Source: Nitrospirales bacterium
GTDB lineage: Bacteria; Nitrospirota; Nitrospiria; Nitrospirales; UBA8639
Direction: 5' to 3'
Assembly (NCBI GenBank): GCA_963555755.3
Contig: OY820905.2
Coordinates: 2,976,001 to 3,040,000, forward strand
Length of the DNA: 64,000 bases
In this document: in pieces, positions 42,150-51,947 of the stretch
How positions within the stretch are numbered: the stretch's first letter is position 1
Layout of the letters: every line of letters begins with the position of its first letter
Position numbers and translations under genes: made by a program
The notes under the pieces: model-generated
Told to the model about the DNA's origin: nothing
Seen by the model: the letters and a program-made list of their open reading frames with translations, nothing else
Database searches by the model: none

Positions 42150-42234
42150 CGTATGGTCACAAAACCCATCCAGCCTTGCGGTATCTGAAACATTCAAGTT
42201 TTTCAATGCGGACGAATGTATAGAAGGGACAGGG
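42150..42234 (+). repeat. Repeat A copy 3, followed by repeat E copy 2 (42241-42335)
   Basis: cgtatggtcacaaaacccatccagccttgcggtatctgaaacattcaagtttttcaatgcggacgaatgtatagaagggacagg. Confidence 0.88.
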
Positions 42235-42384
42235 ATGGTACTACGTAAATTTACCTATTTCGAAATTTGAAAAAATAGCAAGTGTGCTACAAGGCCCCCG
42301 GCCGTTGACCAAAACAATTGTGGGGATCGACTTTTCCGCAGCACATACTTCTGTGTGAAGGCCACTTGTAACAAGTGACCAACG

Positions 42385-42508
42385 AACAAAGCCCCACCGT
42401 CGCAACGATGAGGCTCGCTGTTTGTGTAACGCTCGTATCGACTACTCGTTGACGCCTGCACCTCCCTCATCCGGTAGCCAATGAGTCCGACTAAGCTAGA
42501 GCCTAACA
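42385..42508 (-). ncRNA. Repeat B full copy 2
   Basis: Same architecture as 39665-39790; conserved GCTTAGTCGGACTC.TTGGCTACCGGATGA core. Confidence 0.55.
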
Positions 42509-42619
42509 GCAGGATCGTGATACGTTTGGTTTTCTAGAGCTGCCATGAACCTGGGCACAAGGGTCGGTCAGACCCGTCTCGCAGGGTGAATTCCTGCATG
42601 TCAGACGGCGGAGCCCGCA

Positions 42620-42690
42620 GATTGACCCCTCACCGCGTTCTTTGGTACGTTGCGGTCTAGTCAAAAAGGCCTTTTGAATTTCCTATTCCC
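42620..42690 (+). mobile_element. IS91/ISCR-like oriIS end remnant
   Basis: aaaaaggccttttGAATTTCCTATTCCC resembles the ISCR oriIS terminus (GAA.TTCCTATACCC). Confidence 0.5.
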
Positions 42691-42790
42691 AAACCAACAG
42701 ACTTGAATAAAGCAGCAATCCATGTCACCTTCACACCATGAAGCAAACCCATCAGAGGAATAACCGCACAGCAAATGCGGAGGATGCCAA

Positions 42791-44569
42791 ATGCCGTTGA
42801 AGAAAAACAGCGGTAAACGGCGCTTCCAACTCATTTTGATAAAACCGTCTCATTACGACGATGATGGATATGTGATCCGTTGGTGGCGTGTTTTAATTCC
42901 CTCTAACACGCTTGCCGCTGTGTACGCCATTGCGGCAGATTGTGCTGAACGCCAGATCTTAGGCGCAGATGTCACCATCGACATCGACGTGATTGACGAG
43001 ACCAACACCCACGTCGACACGGCCGCACTTCTCGCCAATCTTCAACGTCACGACAATTTTGGTATGGTCGCTCTTGTCGGCGTCCAGTCAAACCAGTACC
43101 CGCGTGCTCTCGATATTGCCCGGCCGTTCCGTGGGGCCGGCGTTTTGGTTGCCATAGGTGGTTTTCATGTATCGGGCTGCCTGTCGATGCTGGATGGGCG
43201 GGCGATTGATCTCGACGCTTGCCGCAAGATGGGCATTTCCATGTTTGCGGGCGAGGCCGAGGGCTCGTTTGACGAGGTGTTGCGCGACGCAGCTAAAGAT
43301 CAGCTCGCACCGATCTATGACTTCATGAAGGATCTGCCCGGCATGGAAGGCACACCCGTGCCGTTCTTGCCCAAACGTTTTGTCGAGCGCACGCTTGGCC
43401 TCTCCACCAGTTTCGACGCCGGCCGCGGCTGCCCTTATCTGTGCTCGTTTTGCACCATTATCAATGTACAGGGTCGCAAGTCGCGCTTTCGTAACGCCGA
43501 CGATATCGAGCATCTTGTCCGCCTCAACTGGGCCCAGGGCATCCACAAATTTTTCATCACCGACGATAACTTCGCCCGCAACAAGGAGTGGGAAGCGATC
43601 TTTGATCGCCTGATCGAGTTACGCGAGGAGCACGGAATTCCACTCGGCCTGATGATTCAGGTCGACACTTTGTGCCACAGAATTAAGAATTTCGTCGAGA
43701 AGGCGAAGCGTGCCGGTGTCACGCGCGTCTTTATCGGATTGGAGAATATCAATCCGGATAATCTTATGGCGGCGAAGAAGCGCCAGAACAAGATCATCGA
43801 GTACCGCAAAATGCTGCTCGCCTGGAAGGCGCAAGGCATCATCACGCTTGCCGGGTATATCCTGGGCTTTCCGGCTGATACGCCAGAGACGATCAGGCGC
43901 GATATCGCGATTATTCAGGAGGAACTGCCGCTTGATATTATGGAGTTTTTTTGCCTGACACCCCTGCCCGGTTCGGAGGATCATCAGATCTTATGGAACA
44001 AGGGCATTGCGATGGACCCTGATCTCAACATCTACGACTGTGAAAATGTCTGTACCGCTCATCCAAAGATGACAAAGCGCGAGTGGGAGGACATCTATCG
44101 CGAGGCCTGGTCGCTCTATTACACGCCCAAGCACATGAAAATACTGCTGCGCCGCGCAGCCGCCACCGGCGTACCAATTGGCAGCCTGGTCAAGCTTTTA
44201 GTGACATTCGCGACTTCGGTCCGCCTTGAGGGCGTTCATCCCTTGCAGAGCGGCCTCTTGCGTCTCAAACATCCGTCCGAACGACGCCCTGGCTTGCCGC
44301 GCGAGAACCCTTTAATTTTCTGGCCGCACTTCGTCTGGGAAACGCTCAGAAAACAAGTCATCTTTGCCGGTGCAATTATCGCGCTGCTGCCGTCGGCTTT
44401 TGCTCTTTCGCGCAACCCTGCTGCACGAAATTACATGGATCAGGCCCTCACTCCGGTGAGCGAGGAGGAATATGAAACGCTGGCCCTGTTCACCCAGAAT
44501 GACGCAGCCCAGGCAGCTGTCCCGCGTTCTAAAAAACACGCCGCATTGAAGGTTTATGCTACAGAATAA
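42791..44569 (+). CDS. Cobalamin-dependent-type radical SAM protein
   Basis: GRGCPYLCSFC, DDNF, FIGLEN, GYILGFP, TPLPGS; N-terminal B12-binding-like domain. Confidence 0.9.
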   Translation: MPLKKNSGKRRFQLILIKPSHYDDDGYVIRWWRVLIPSNTLAAVYAIAADCAERQILGADVTIDIDVIDETNTHVDTAALLANLQRHDNFGMVALVGVQSNQYPRALDIARPFRGAGVLVAIGGFHVSGCLSMLDGRAIDLDACRKMGISMFAGEAEGSFDEVLRDAAKDQLAPIYDFMKDLPGMEGTPVPFLPKRFVERTLGLSTSFDAGRGCPYLCSFCTIINVQGRKSRFRNADDIEHLVRLNWAQGIHKFFITDDNFARNKEWEAIFDRLIELREEHGIPLGLMIQVDTLCHRIKNFVEKAKRAGVTRVFIGLENINPDNLMAAKKRQNKIIEYRKMLLAWKAQGIITLAGYILGFPADTPETIRRDIAIIQEELPLDIMEFFCLTPLPGSEDHQILWNKGIAMDPDLNIYDCENVCTAHPKMTKREWEDIYREAWSLYYTPKHMKILLRRAAATGVPIGSLVKLLVTFATSVRLEGVHPLQSGLLRLKHPSERRPGLPRENPLIFWPHFVWETLRKQVIFAGAIIALLPSAFALSRNPAARNYMDQALTPVSEEEYETLALFTQNDAAQAAVPRSKKHAALKVYATE

Positions 44570-45003
44570 TCAGGGGGGCAATCCGGGCTTTTGATGCGGT
44601 GCGGACCTTGGTGGATTTTCGCGCCTTTTAGATACCTTGGAAGGGGGGCAAGTCTTGACTTAATATATTAACTTCCTTTTTCGGTTTTTCCCCATTCAAG
44701 ACTGTGGTCGCATCACTAGTGGTCTGTCCCAGAAATTGTGGACACATCCGAAGCGCACGAGAGTGCGCAATGCGAGCTGTCCTACAAAGCAGTGCCGCTC
44801 TAGCTAACTATTCAAAGGAAAAGCCCCACCGTCGCAACGATGAGGCTCTCTGTTCGTGTGGGGAATAGAGTTAGACGGTTGAGTGTGCCAACCTCTGTTC
44901 CATTACGGGCATCCCAACTGTGGAAGAGGTTTTAAGTCACGACGATTCACAGTCGGCTCACTTGGGAGACCTCGCACCTCAAACCCTGGTGTATCTTGGG
45001 AAA

Positions 45004-45697
45004 TCAATTCACGTCTCCCTTGCGGGCAATATGGGCGCGGAATACTTGCACCCGATTGTTCCCTTTATCAACGACGTAGAGAGTTCCTTGATCATTTGCC
45101 GCACCACTTGTCGGTTTGCGAAATTCTCCTGCTTTGTCCCCTCGGTGTCCGAAAGCGCCTAAAAATTCTCTTTGTTTGCTAAATATTTGAATCCTGTGAT
45201 TCTCATAGTCTGCAACGTAGATATGACCAAAGTGGTCTTGGGTGAGCCCGCTGGGATAGCGAAACTCACCTGCGCCTGTGCCAAAGGCGCCAAAGGTATT
45301 GATAAATTTTCCTGAGCTGTCAAAAATCTGGATACGATGATTTTTAAAATCACAGACAAAAATTTGATCGTTCTGGTCGAGAAAAATACAAATGGGGTTA
45401 TGCAATTGACCGGGGCTGCTGCCAAAACCACCAAACTGCCTCAGAAATCTGCCTTGCTGATCAAAAACCTGCACCCGGTGATTGCCCCAATCCGCCACAT
45501 AGATATTATGGTGTGAATCTAACGCTATTCCACGCGGATTTTTAAATCTGCCTGGCTTCGTACCCCTTCCCCCAAAGTGTTTGAGGGAATTTCCCTGCCT
45601 ATCAAGAATCTGTATGCGATCATTGCCTGTATCGGCAACGTATAAGTTCCCCTCCTTGTCAATGATGACTGCATCGACCCAAGCGAATTCTCCTTCC
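45004..45697 (-). pseudogene. NHL-repeat beta-propeller protein, 5'-truncated at repeat A copy 4
   Basis: Five G.F..P.G.......YVAD..NHRIQ.F repeats; the predicted start lies inside repeat A. Confidence 0.8.
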
Positions 45698-45781
45698 CGT
45701 ATGGTCAAAAAACTCATCTAGCCTTGCGGTATCTAAAAAACGCAAGTTTTTCAATACGGATGAATGTATAGAAGGGACAGG
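45698..45781 (+). repeat. Repeat A copy 4
   Basis: cgtatggtcaaaaaactcatctagccttgcggtatctaaaaaacgcaagtttttcaatacggatgaatgtatagaagggacagg. Confidence 0.88.
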
Positions 45782-45950
45782 TAGACCAAAAGGCCTGCTT
45801 TCGGGTGTGTGGTGCTGTAAGGGAGGCCATGGAGTCTTAGGTTGCCGGGCCTCGCAAGGAAGTAGAAAAGGAATCACTCAACTAAAAGGCTTGCTCTGTC
45901 TATATCAGGCGAAGTACAATTTTGTTTCGCATTCCAAGGGAGGAGATGAT

Positions 45951-46718
45951 ATGCCACAGCTGCTTCATGCTCCATCGGAACAAGAGGCATCTTTAGACCG
46001 TGATCTCGAGCGATTGCGAGAGCAGCTTGAAACCATCAAGTCTTTCCTGGTGAGACAACCCTTAGAGGGAACCTTGATGGACTTCGACTGGGAGACGGAA
46101 GATATAATCCACCGGATGTTTGGAAGTTCTTCCCCTCTGGTGGTGATTTATGACTATGCCCAAATTGGGGAGGCAACAGGGATGGTCAATTTGCCGGAGG
46201 AGGCGCCGGAAGGTGTCACTCACGCCGCGGAGCGAGAAACCCTAAGACAACGTCAACGAGTACTAGAAATTTGTATGGGAGATCTTGAAACTCGCCGGGC
46301 AGCCTTGGCTAGGGGGGAACGCATCAAAACCGCGACTGGACCACGAGTAGCCGATTACATGTCAACAACGGTCCACTTCGTTCATGTGGACGCGACACTG
46401 AAGGAAGCGGCACTGTTCTTTCAAAAACAGAAGATCGGCTCGCTGCTGGTCAAAGGAGGGGAGCACTTTATTGGAAGCATTACCGAGACTGAATTGAGCC
46501 GAGAGGTTGTGGCAGGGGAAGTGGATCCTTTCACGACCAGGGTGATCACTTGCATGCGCGAGCCCATTATCACCATTGAAAGTAGTGATCCCATCGTCGA
46601 GGCCGTCCGACTCATGAAAGAGAAGGCCACCCGTCATTTGGCAGTGGAGGAACGTGAAACGATTGTGGGTGTCATCTCGGCCTCTGATATTTTGCGTTAT
46701 TATTCTGGGGTTACGTAA
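45951..46718 (+). CDS. CBS-domain-pair protein with helical N-terminal extension
   Basis: VADYMS...IGSLLV...GSITETEL, M..PIITI, RHLAV...GVIS; GGAGG RBS. Confidence 0.85.
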   Translation: MPQLLHAPSEQEASLDRDLERLREQLETIKSFLVRQPLEGTLMDFDWETEDIIHRMFGSSSPLVVIYDYAQIGEATGMVNLPEEAPEGVTHAAERETLRQRQRVLEICMGDLETRRAALARGERIKTATGPRVADYMSTTVHFVHVDATLKEAALFFQKQKIGSLLVKGGEHFIGSITETELSREVVAGEVDPFTTRVITCMREPIITIESSDPIVEAVRLMKEKATRHLAVEERETIVGVISASDILRYYSGVT

Positions 46719-46776
46719 ACCTTCTTTTTTGTGTCCTGCCCCTAAAATCGCGCCAGGTTTTGTGGGAGCATTCCGT

Positions 46777-46843
46777 CCGTACGCTCTCCCGTCATGTAGA
46801 ATTTTTCTCATCGTGTACAGGGCTGTCCCAACTCCCATTGGCC
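46777..46843. repeat. Repeat D copy 1 (direct repeat of 50893-50959)
   Basis: ccgtacgctctcc.gtcatgtagaatttttctc.tcgtgtacagggctgt. Confidence 0.85.
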
Positions 46844-46941
46844 TGACAATACACCCAAAAGATTTCAAAAAGTCATTCCTTGATGTGAGGGCTTTTTGAT
46901 CGCTCCCATTCTGGTGTAGACTCAACTCTCTTTTTCTCATT

Positions 46942-47064
46942 GGGGGGTGTTGAAAAAGTCCGCCAGCGACGTTCTCGGCCCTTTGTCGTGCTCACGTACT
47001 CCAGTATGCTCCGCGCGCCAAAGGTCCTGCGGCCTTGCTGGACGAATCTTTTTGAACACCCCCC
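46942..47064. mobile_element. Palindromic MITE
   Basis: IRs GGGGGGTGTTGAAAAAG / CTTTTTGAACACCCCCC; a degenerate relative at about 63120-63285. Confidence 0.75.
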
Positions 47065-47166
47065 TTGCTCTTGAGATTGCATTGGCTGCCTCGGATGTTC
47101 ATAACCACTGAAAATTTTCAATTTTTCAACAGGCCCTCATAAGGATTAACACGGTGGCCTTCATTT

Positions 47167-47724
47167 ATGCCTTTTTTACCTGATGATCTCCAAGCCGAGC
47201 AGGCCAAGTGGCGAAAGGTTCCTCGACAGCGCCCGGCCGACATGGTCAACCCTGGTCCCGGACAGGAGTCTGTATGGGATTACCCGCGGCCCCCACGAGT
47301 TGAGTCTGTTGCGAAACGGCTCCGCGTGGAGTTCGGAGGCATGGTGTTGGCAGATACGTCTAAAGGGTTGCGGGTGATTGAGACGTCTAGCCCCCCGGTG
47401 TATTACTTTCCACTTGAAGATGTTGTGTTGACGTACTTGGAACAGACTAGACAATCCACCTTTTGTGAATGGAAAGGTGTGGCTTACTATTGGTCCATTC
47501 GGGTTCAGGGTCGAGTGGCCACACATGGAGCATGGAGTTATCCCGATCCAACTTCTGGGTATGAGATAATTGGGAATTATGTCGCCTTCTATCCGAGCCT
47601 GATGGACGCATGCTATGTGGGTGTTGAATTAGCAAGCCCCCAAGCCGGTGATTTTTACGGTGGGTGGATTACGCCAGAGATTACTGGCCCCTTCAAAGGT
47701 GAGCCCGGGACAGAGGGCTGGTAA
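47167..47724 (+). CDS. DUF427 family protein
   Basis: ESVWDYPRPP, ETSSPPVYY, CEWKG.A.Y, AWSYPDP, FYGGWIT. Confidence 0.92.
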   Translation: MPFLPDDLQAEQAKWRKVPRQRPADMVNPGPGQESVWDYPRPPRVESVAKRLRVEFGGMVLADTSKGLRVIETSSPPVYYFPLEDVVLTYLEQTRQSTFCEWKGVAYYWSIRVQGRVATHGAWSYPDPTSGYEIIGNYVAFYPSLMDACYVGVELASPQAGDFYGGWITPEITGPFKGEPGTEGW

Positions 47725-47879
47725 GTGTGTCATCGCTGATTGCTTTCCACTGACTACGATCATTCTACCCTCCACGAAACTTCGTTCTTCCCCGATATCT
47801 CGCGGCTTCTTTGGCATCTCGACGGACAAACAAAAAATTAAATTTTTCATACTATCAATAACTTATGCCATCCACGAAC

Positions 47880-47897
47880 TTGGCATGGGACATGCTA
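47880..47897 (+). promoter_or_regulatory. Sigma54 (-24/-12) promoter
   Basis: TTGGCATGGGACATGCT: GG-N10-GC, upstream of AGGAGG and ATG 47962. Confidence 0.6.
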
Positions 47898-47961
47898 TCT
47901 ATACATGTGAGAAAGATCATAATTGGAAAACGACAGCAGCAACCAAAAGGAGGTGTGTACG

Positions 47962-48462
47962 ATGTTCAGCGTGGAAGAACAAACCGGAACCAGAAATCGC
48001 CCCATTCAAAAGCAAGCGAATACTCAAGTGGAGCATAGTCCTTCGGACTCCTCAGAATTCGAGACCTCCCAACACTGGATGGCCACACTTCAAGGGATTT
48101 ACGGCGAAGCGGTGATTCGGTACGAACAAGGCGCTCGTGGTGCCGACGACGTGATTCCTGAAAATGGTCTGGCATTTTTGGCTTCTATTGAAACGACCGC
48201 TCAGGAGATGTACGACTTTGTCGAGGATTGGTCCGAAGTAGGTGAACCACCATTTGGTATCGTCGCGGCGATCACAGCAGTTCGGTGGAAATACTTTTTG
48301 ACCATGCAACATGGCCAGCCATCGGCACAAACTATTTCACCATCAACGCTTCCGCCGGGTTCTGCAGAGCTAGGCGGGTACTGGTGCCTACCGCGTATCA
48401 TTGCCAAGGCTCGCGCCAAACTTCGTGGTGAATTGTCCCCTGAGTTGATGGGCAGCAGTTAG
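47962..48462 (+). pseudogene. Chimeric or truncated DUF5069-like ORF
   Basis: FLASI..TAQEMYDFVED, LGG...LPRIIAKARAKLRGEL, then premature end. Confidence 0.6.
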
Positions 48463-48662
48463 AAGACCTTTTTGCCACGCATGATACGGTTGAGTCGGCG
48501 CGGGTGATCACAGACAAATTCAGGATCATACAGAATATATGGTTCTATCCTACCGCCATCCAATTCTGGCCACATGGAGTTTCTTGGCCATGGCTTAGGA
48601 TGGTGAGACCGATCTCCTCCATTGTACCTCGGAACTTCATATGCCTAGAACCATATATTCTG

Positions 48663-50691
48663 GTGCGACCAGGCAAGGCTGGTCTGATGGGAAAGGAGGC
48701 TGCGATGACTCTTTGAAAATCAGTTCATGGTCCAGTGGGTGCAAAACCCACCCAACCAAAGCGGAGCCCGGCAGGGTGGTAGCAAGCCTTGCGCCAGCGC
48801 GGGTAACCGTTATGGCGATGCGTAGGCATGCGAGCGTATGGGCCGCAGGAAATGCAGCCTCGAAAAGTGGAATATCCTGGATGTCTAGGGGCTCGGAATC
48901 TCTGAAGACCACGGCGTCGTCGCCGGTATGGGGCAAGGCGGCGGGGCATCCGGCGGGGTGAACGACTGGGGCACGTACGAAGAGGATGATCCAGGAACCT
49001 GGGAGGCCCTCATTTCTCCCTGGGAGATACCCGGTGCCACGGGGACCCGGTGACCACTCTCCGACGAACACGCGGACGCGGGTGCCTGCGTGACTCGGTG
49101 TAGAACAAGCACTCGCCTCAGGGTAGGCCGACGGCAAGGGGAACCGGAGCTGCGGCTGAGGGGGATGAGGGAGTCGGAGGGCGGCATAGGAGCGACAACG
49201 TCGGGGAACGGGGTGGTGCCTGGACCCGACCGAGCAAAGGCTGCCCGTGTTGATAGGAACGTCAGGAGGGAACCATGACCAAGGCATTGATGTGGGATTC
49301 CATGTCACCGGAACGTTTGACGGTAGCGGAACGAGCGAAACGGGAACCCGAAGGACGATGTCACGCCATGGCCCATCTCATCGATGTGCCAGCTCTGACA
49401 CGCGCCTACCGACGACTCCGCAGGAATGCCGCGGTAGGTGTGGATGGTATCACCAAGGAGCAGTATGGGCAGGAGCTGGAGCGGAATCTCCAGGATCTGC
49501 ATCACCGGCTGAAGACGAAGCGGTATCGTCATCAACCGATTCTCCGGGGATATGTGCCAAAGGGGCAGGGTCGGCACAGGCCGATTGGGATATCGGCGAC
49601 AGAGGACAAAGTGGTCCAAGGGGCGCTGCGGGACGTATGGGAGGCCATATACGAGACGGAGGTTACCGATAGCTCGTATGGGTTTCGACCGAAACGCGGT
49701 GCGCATGACGCGCTTCGGACTTTGAACCGAGCGGGGCATGGTGGGGAAATGAACTGGATCGTGGAGGCGGACATCGTCTCGTACTTTGACAGCGTGGATC
49801 GCACCAAGCTGAAGGAGATGATTCAGAAACGGGTCGCCGATGGGGCGCTCATGCGGCTCATTGGCAAATGCTTGAATGTGGGCGTGCTGGACGGCGAGGG
49901 GTATTCCGAGCCGGACGTGGGCACGGCCCAAGGATCGGTCCTCTCCCCGCTCCTCGGGAACATCTACCTCCATTACGTGCTCGATCTCTGGGTAGAATCC
50001 GAAGTGAAGCCACACCTCCGGGGGAAGTGCATCTTCGTCCGGTATTGTGATGACTTCATCTTTGGTTTCGAATGCCAGGACGATGCGGAGTGGGTGATGC
50101 TGCTGCTGGGAAAGCGGATGGGAACATATGGACTGACCCTGCATCCGGACAAGACTCGCCTGTTGTACTTTGGGCGACCGTTCAAGGGGCAGCAGGCAGG
50201 CAAGGGGCCGGCCAGTTTCGATTTCCTCGGGTTCACGCTGTAGTGGAAGCGGTCCCGATATGGACGCTGGATCTTGGCATTCAAGACCCGAGGTGCACGC
50301 CTCACGCGGGCCATTCGGTCTGTGTACGACCGGTGCCGACGCCATCGGCACCGGTCGGTGAAGGAGCAGCACATGGCGCTCGTGAGGCACGTGCGCGGCC
50401 ACATGAACTATTTTGGCGTGAACGGGAATATCCGTAGCCTGCATCTTCTTCTGGTGCAGGTTCAACGTGCCTGGTTCAAGTGGCTTCGGCGTCGCAGCCA
50501 ACGGACGCGCCTCACGTGGGAGAGGTATCAGGACCTGTTACGGGACTTTCCTCTTCCCCGTCCACGGATCGTCGTCCAGATCTGGGGGCGGTAACCCGCG
50601 AGCCATATCAGCGGAGGAGCCGGATGGTCGAAATGTCCTTGTCCGGTTCTGGCGAGGGCCTCGGCTGGGTGACTGGCCGGGGCTACTCTAC
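48663..50691 (+). mobile_element. Group II intron
   Basis: 5' GTGCG; domain V GAGCCGGATG..GAAA..GTCCGGTTC; domain VI ending CTACTCTAC; RT ORF inside. Confidence 0.92.
49275..50594 (+). pseudogene. ltrA: Group II intron RT/maturase (no endonuclease domain) with in-frame TAG at 50241-50243
   Basis: AVGVDG, RPIGI, SYGFRP, GTAQGSVLSP, RYCDD, FDFLGFT; maturase domain continues in frame. Confidence 0.9.
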
Positions 50692-50989
50692 TATGACCCG
50701 TTTCTAGGTTCAAGCACTCACGTGCGTGCCCCCAAGAACCCTCCAGGTGAAAAACCTGTTTTCCGGAGTTGGGTTAAGCGTCTGTCGAAAAAACCCCTCT
50801 CACTTTTGAATCTTTTTATCTTGTCCCTGGCATATTGATCATGGAACCGGCAAAAGTGCCAATTATGGGACCTTGACCTTACCTTGCACCACCCGTACGC
50901 TCTCCTGTCATGTAGAATTTTTCTCGTCGTGTACAGGGCTGTTTCAGCCCCCACTGGCCGTTTGAGTTTTTTAACCATATGAGAATATT

Positions 50990-51904
50990 GTGAACATCAC
51001 GGTTATCGGAGGATCAGGCTTCATCGGTCGGTCTCTCTGCCAATCTTTGGTGCAAGAAGGCCATCAGGTGACTGTCCTCTCGCGAAACCCAGAAAAAGCC
51101 CGCACCCGTCTTGGAGCTTCCATTTCCGTTTTCAAATGGAATCCCCTCCCTTTGGGAACACTGGAAAAAGTATTCGCAGATACGGATGCCATCGTTAATC
51201 TGGCTGGAGAGCCTATTGCCGATGCGCGATGGACGAAGAACCGAAAAGAAGTCCTGCGTGACAGCCGCGTTGGAACGACCCGCCTGGTCGTGAATGCTCT
51301 TTCAAATATTTCCAAGCGACCACGCGTGTTGATGAATGCGTCTGGAATTGGATTCTACGGCCCACAAGAATTGACCTCGGTGACGGAGCAAACCGGACCG
51401 GGGATCGGATTTCTGGCAGAGCTTTGCGTGGATTGGGAGCAGACAGCCGGGCGGGGGGAAGAGTATGGAGTCCGAGTGGTTCAGCTTAGAATGGGGATGG
51501 TTCTCGCACGGGATGGAGGAGCCTTGCCACGGATGCTACTGCCCTTTCGTCTCTTTATCGGTGGTCCTATCACCCCAGGCCACCAGAAGGTTTCATGGAT
51601 TCATTTGCAAGATCTTATAGCTCTCATAAAGGTCACTCTTTTAGATGAAACCATTCATGGAGCCATCAATGCCGTGTCCCCTTATCCGGTCACCATGCGT
51701 GAATTTTGCCAGACCTTAGGCCATATTTTGGGGCGACCCTCATGGCTCCCCGTCCCAGCCTTTGCTTTAAGGTTTGGACTGGGAGAACTGGCTACCCTGT
51801 TGACCACGGGCCAACATGTGGAACCTCTGGTTGCACAACGGTTAGGTTTCCAATTCGCCTACCCGACTTTAACACCGGCTTTGCAATCCATATTATTAAA
51901 GTAG
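50990..51904 (+). CDS. TIGR01777-family NAD-dependent epimerase/oxidoreductase
   Basis: GGSGFIG, NLAGEPI...RW, SRV..T, GFL..LC..WE, SWIH..D. Confidence 0.92.
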   Translation: MNITVIGGSGFIGRSLCQSLVQEGHQVTVLSRNPEKARTRLGASISVFKWNPLPLGTLEKVFADTDAIVNLAGEPIADARWTKNRKEVLRDSRVGTTRLVVNALSNISKRPRVLMNASGIGFYGPQELTSVTEQTGPGIGFLAELCVDWEQTAGRGEEYGVRVVQLRMGMVLARDGGALPRMLLPFRLFIGGPITPGHQKVSWIHLQDLIALIKVTLLDETIHGAINAVSPYPVTMREFCQTLGHILGRPSWLPVPAFALRFGLGELATLLTTGQHVEPLVAQRLGFQFAYPTLTPALQSILLK

Positions 51905-51947
51905 ATTGAAATCCCCTCATGTTGAGACCGCTGCTTGGCGTGATTGA

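Larger units (their letters stand above)
48523..50699. mobile_element. ~150-bp MITE / internally deleted IS whose right IR is split by the group II intron
   Basis: TCATACAGAATATATGGTTCTA (48526-48547) is the exact reverse complement of the rejoined exons TAGAACCATATATTCTG|TATGA. Confidence 0.75.

Noticed and set aside
49275..50594. RT as a retron, DGR or defence RT
   Set aside because: Clear group II intron 5' end, domains V and VI, and maturase domain
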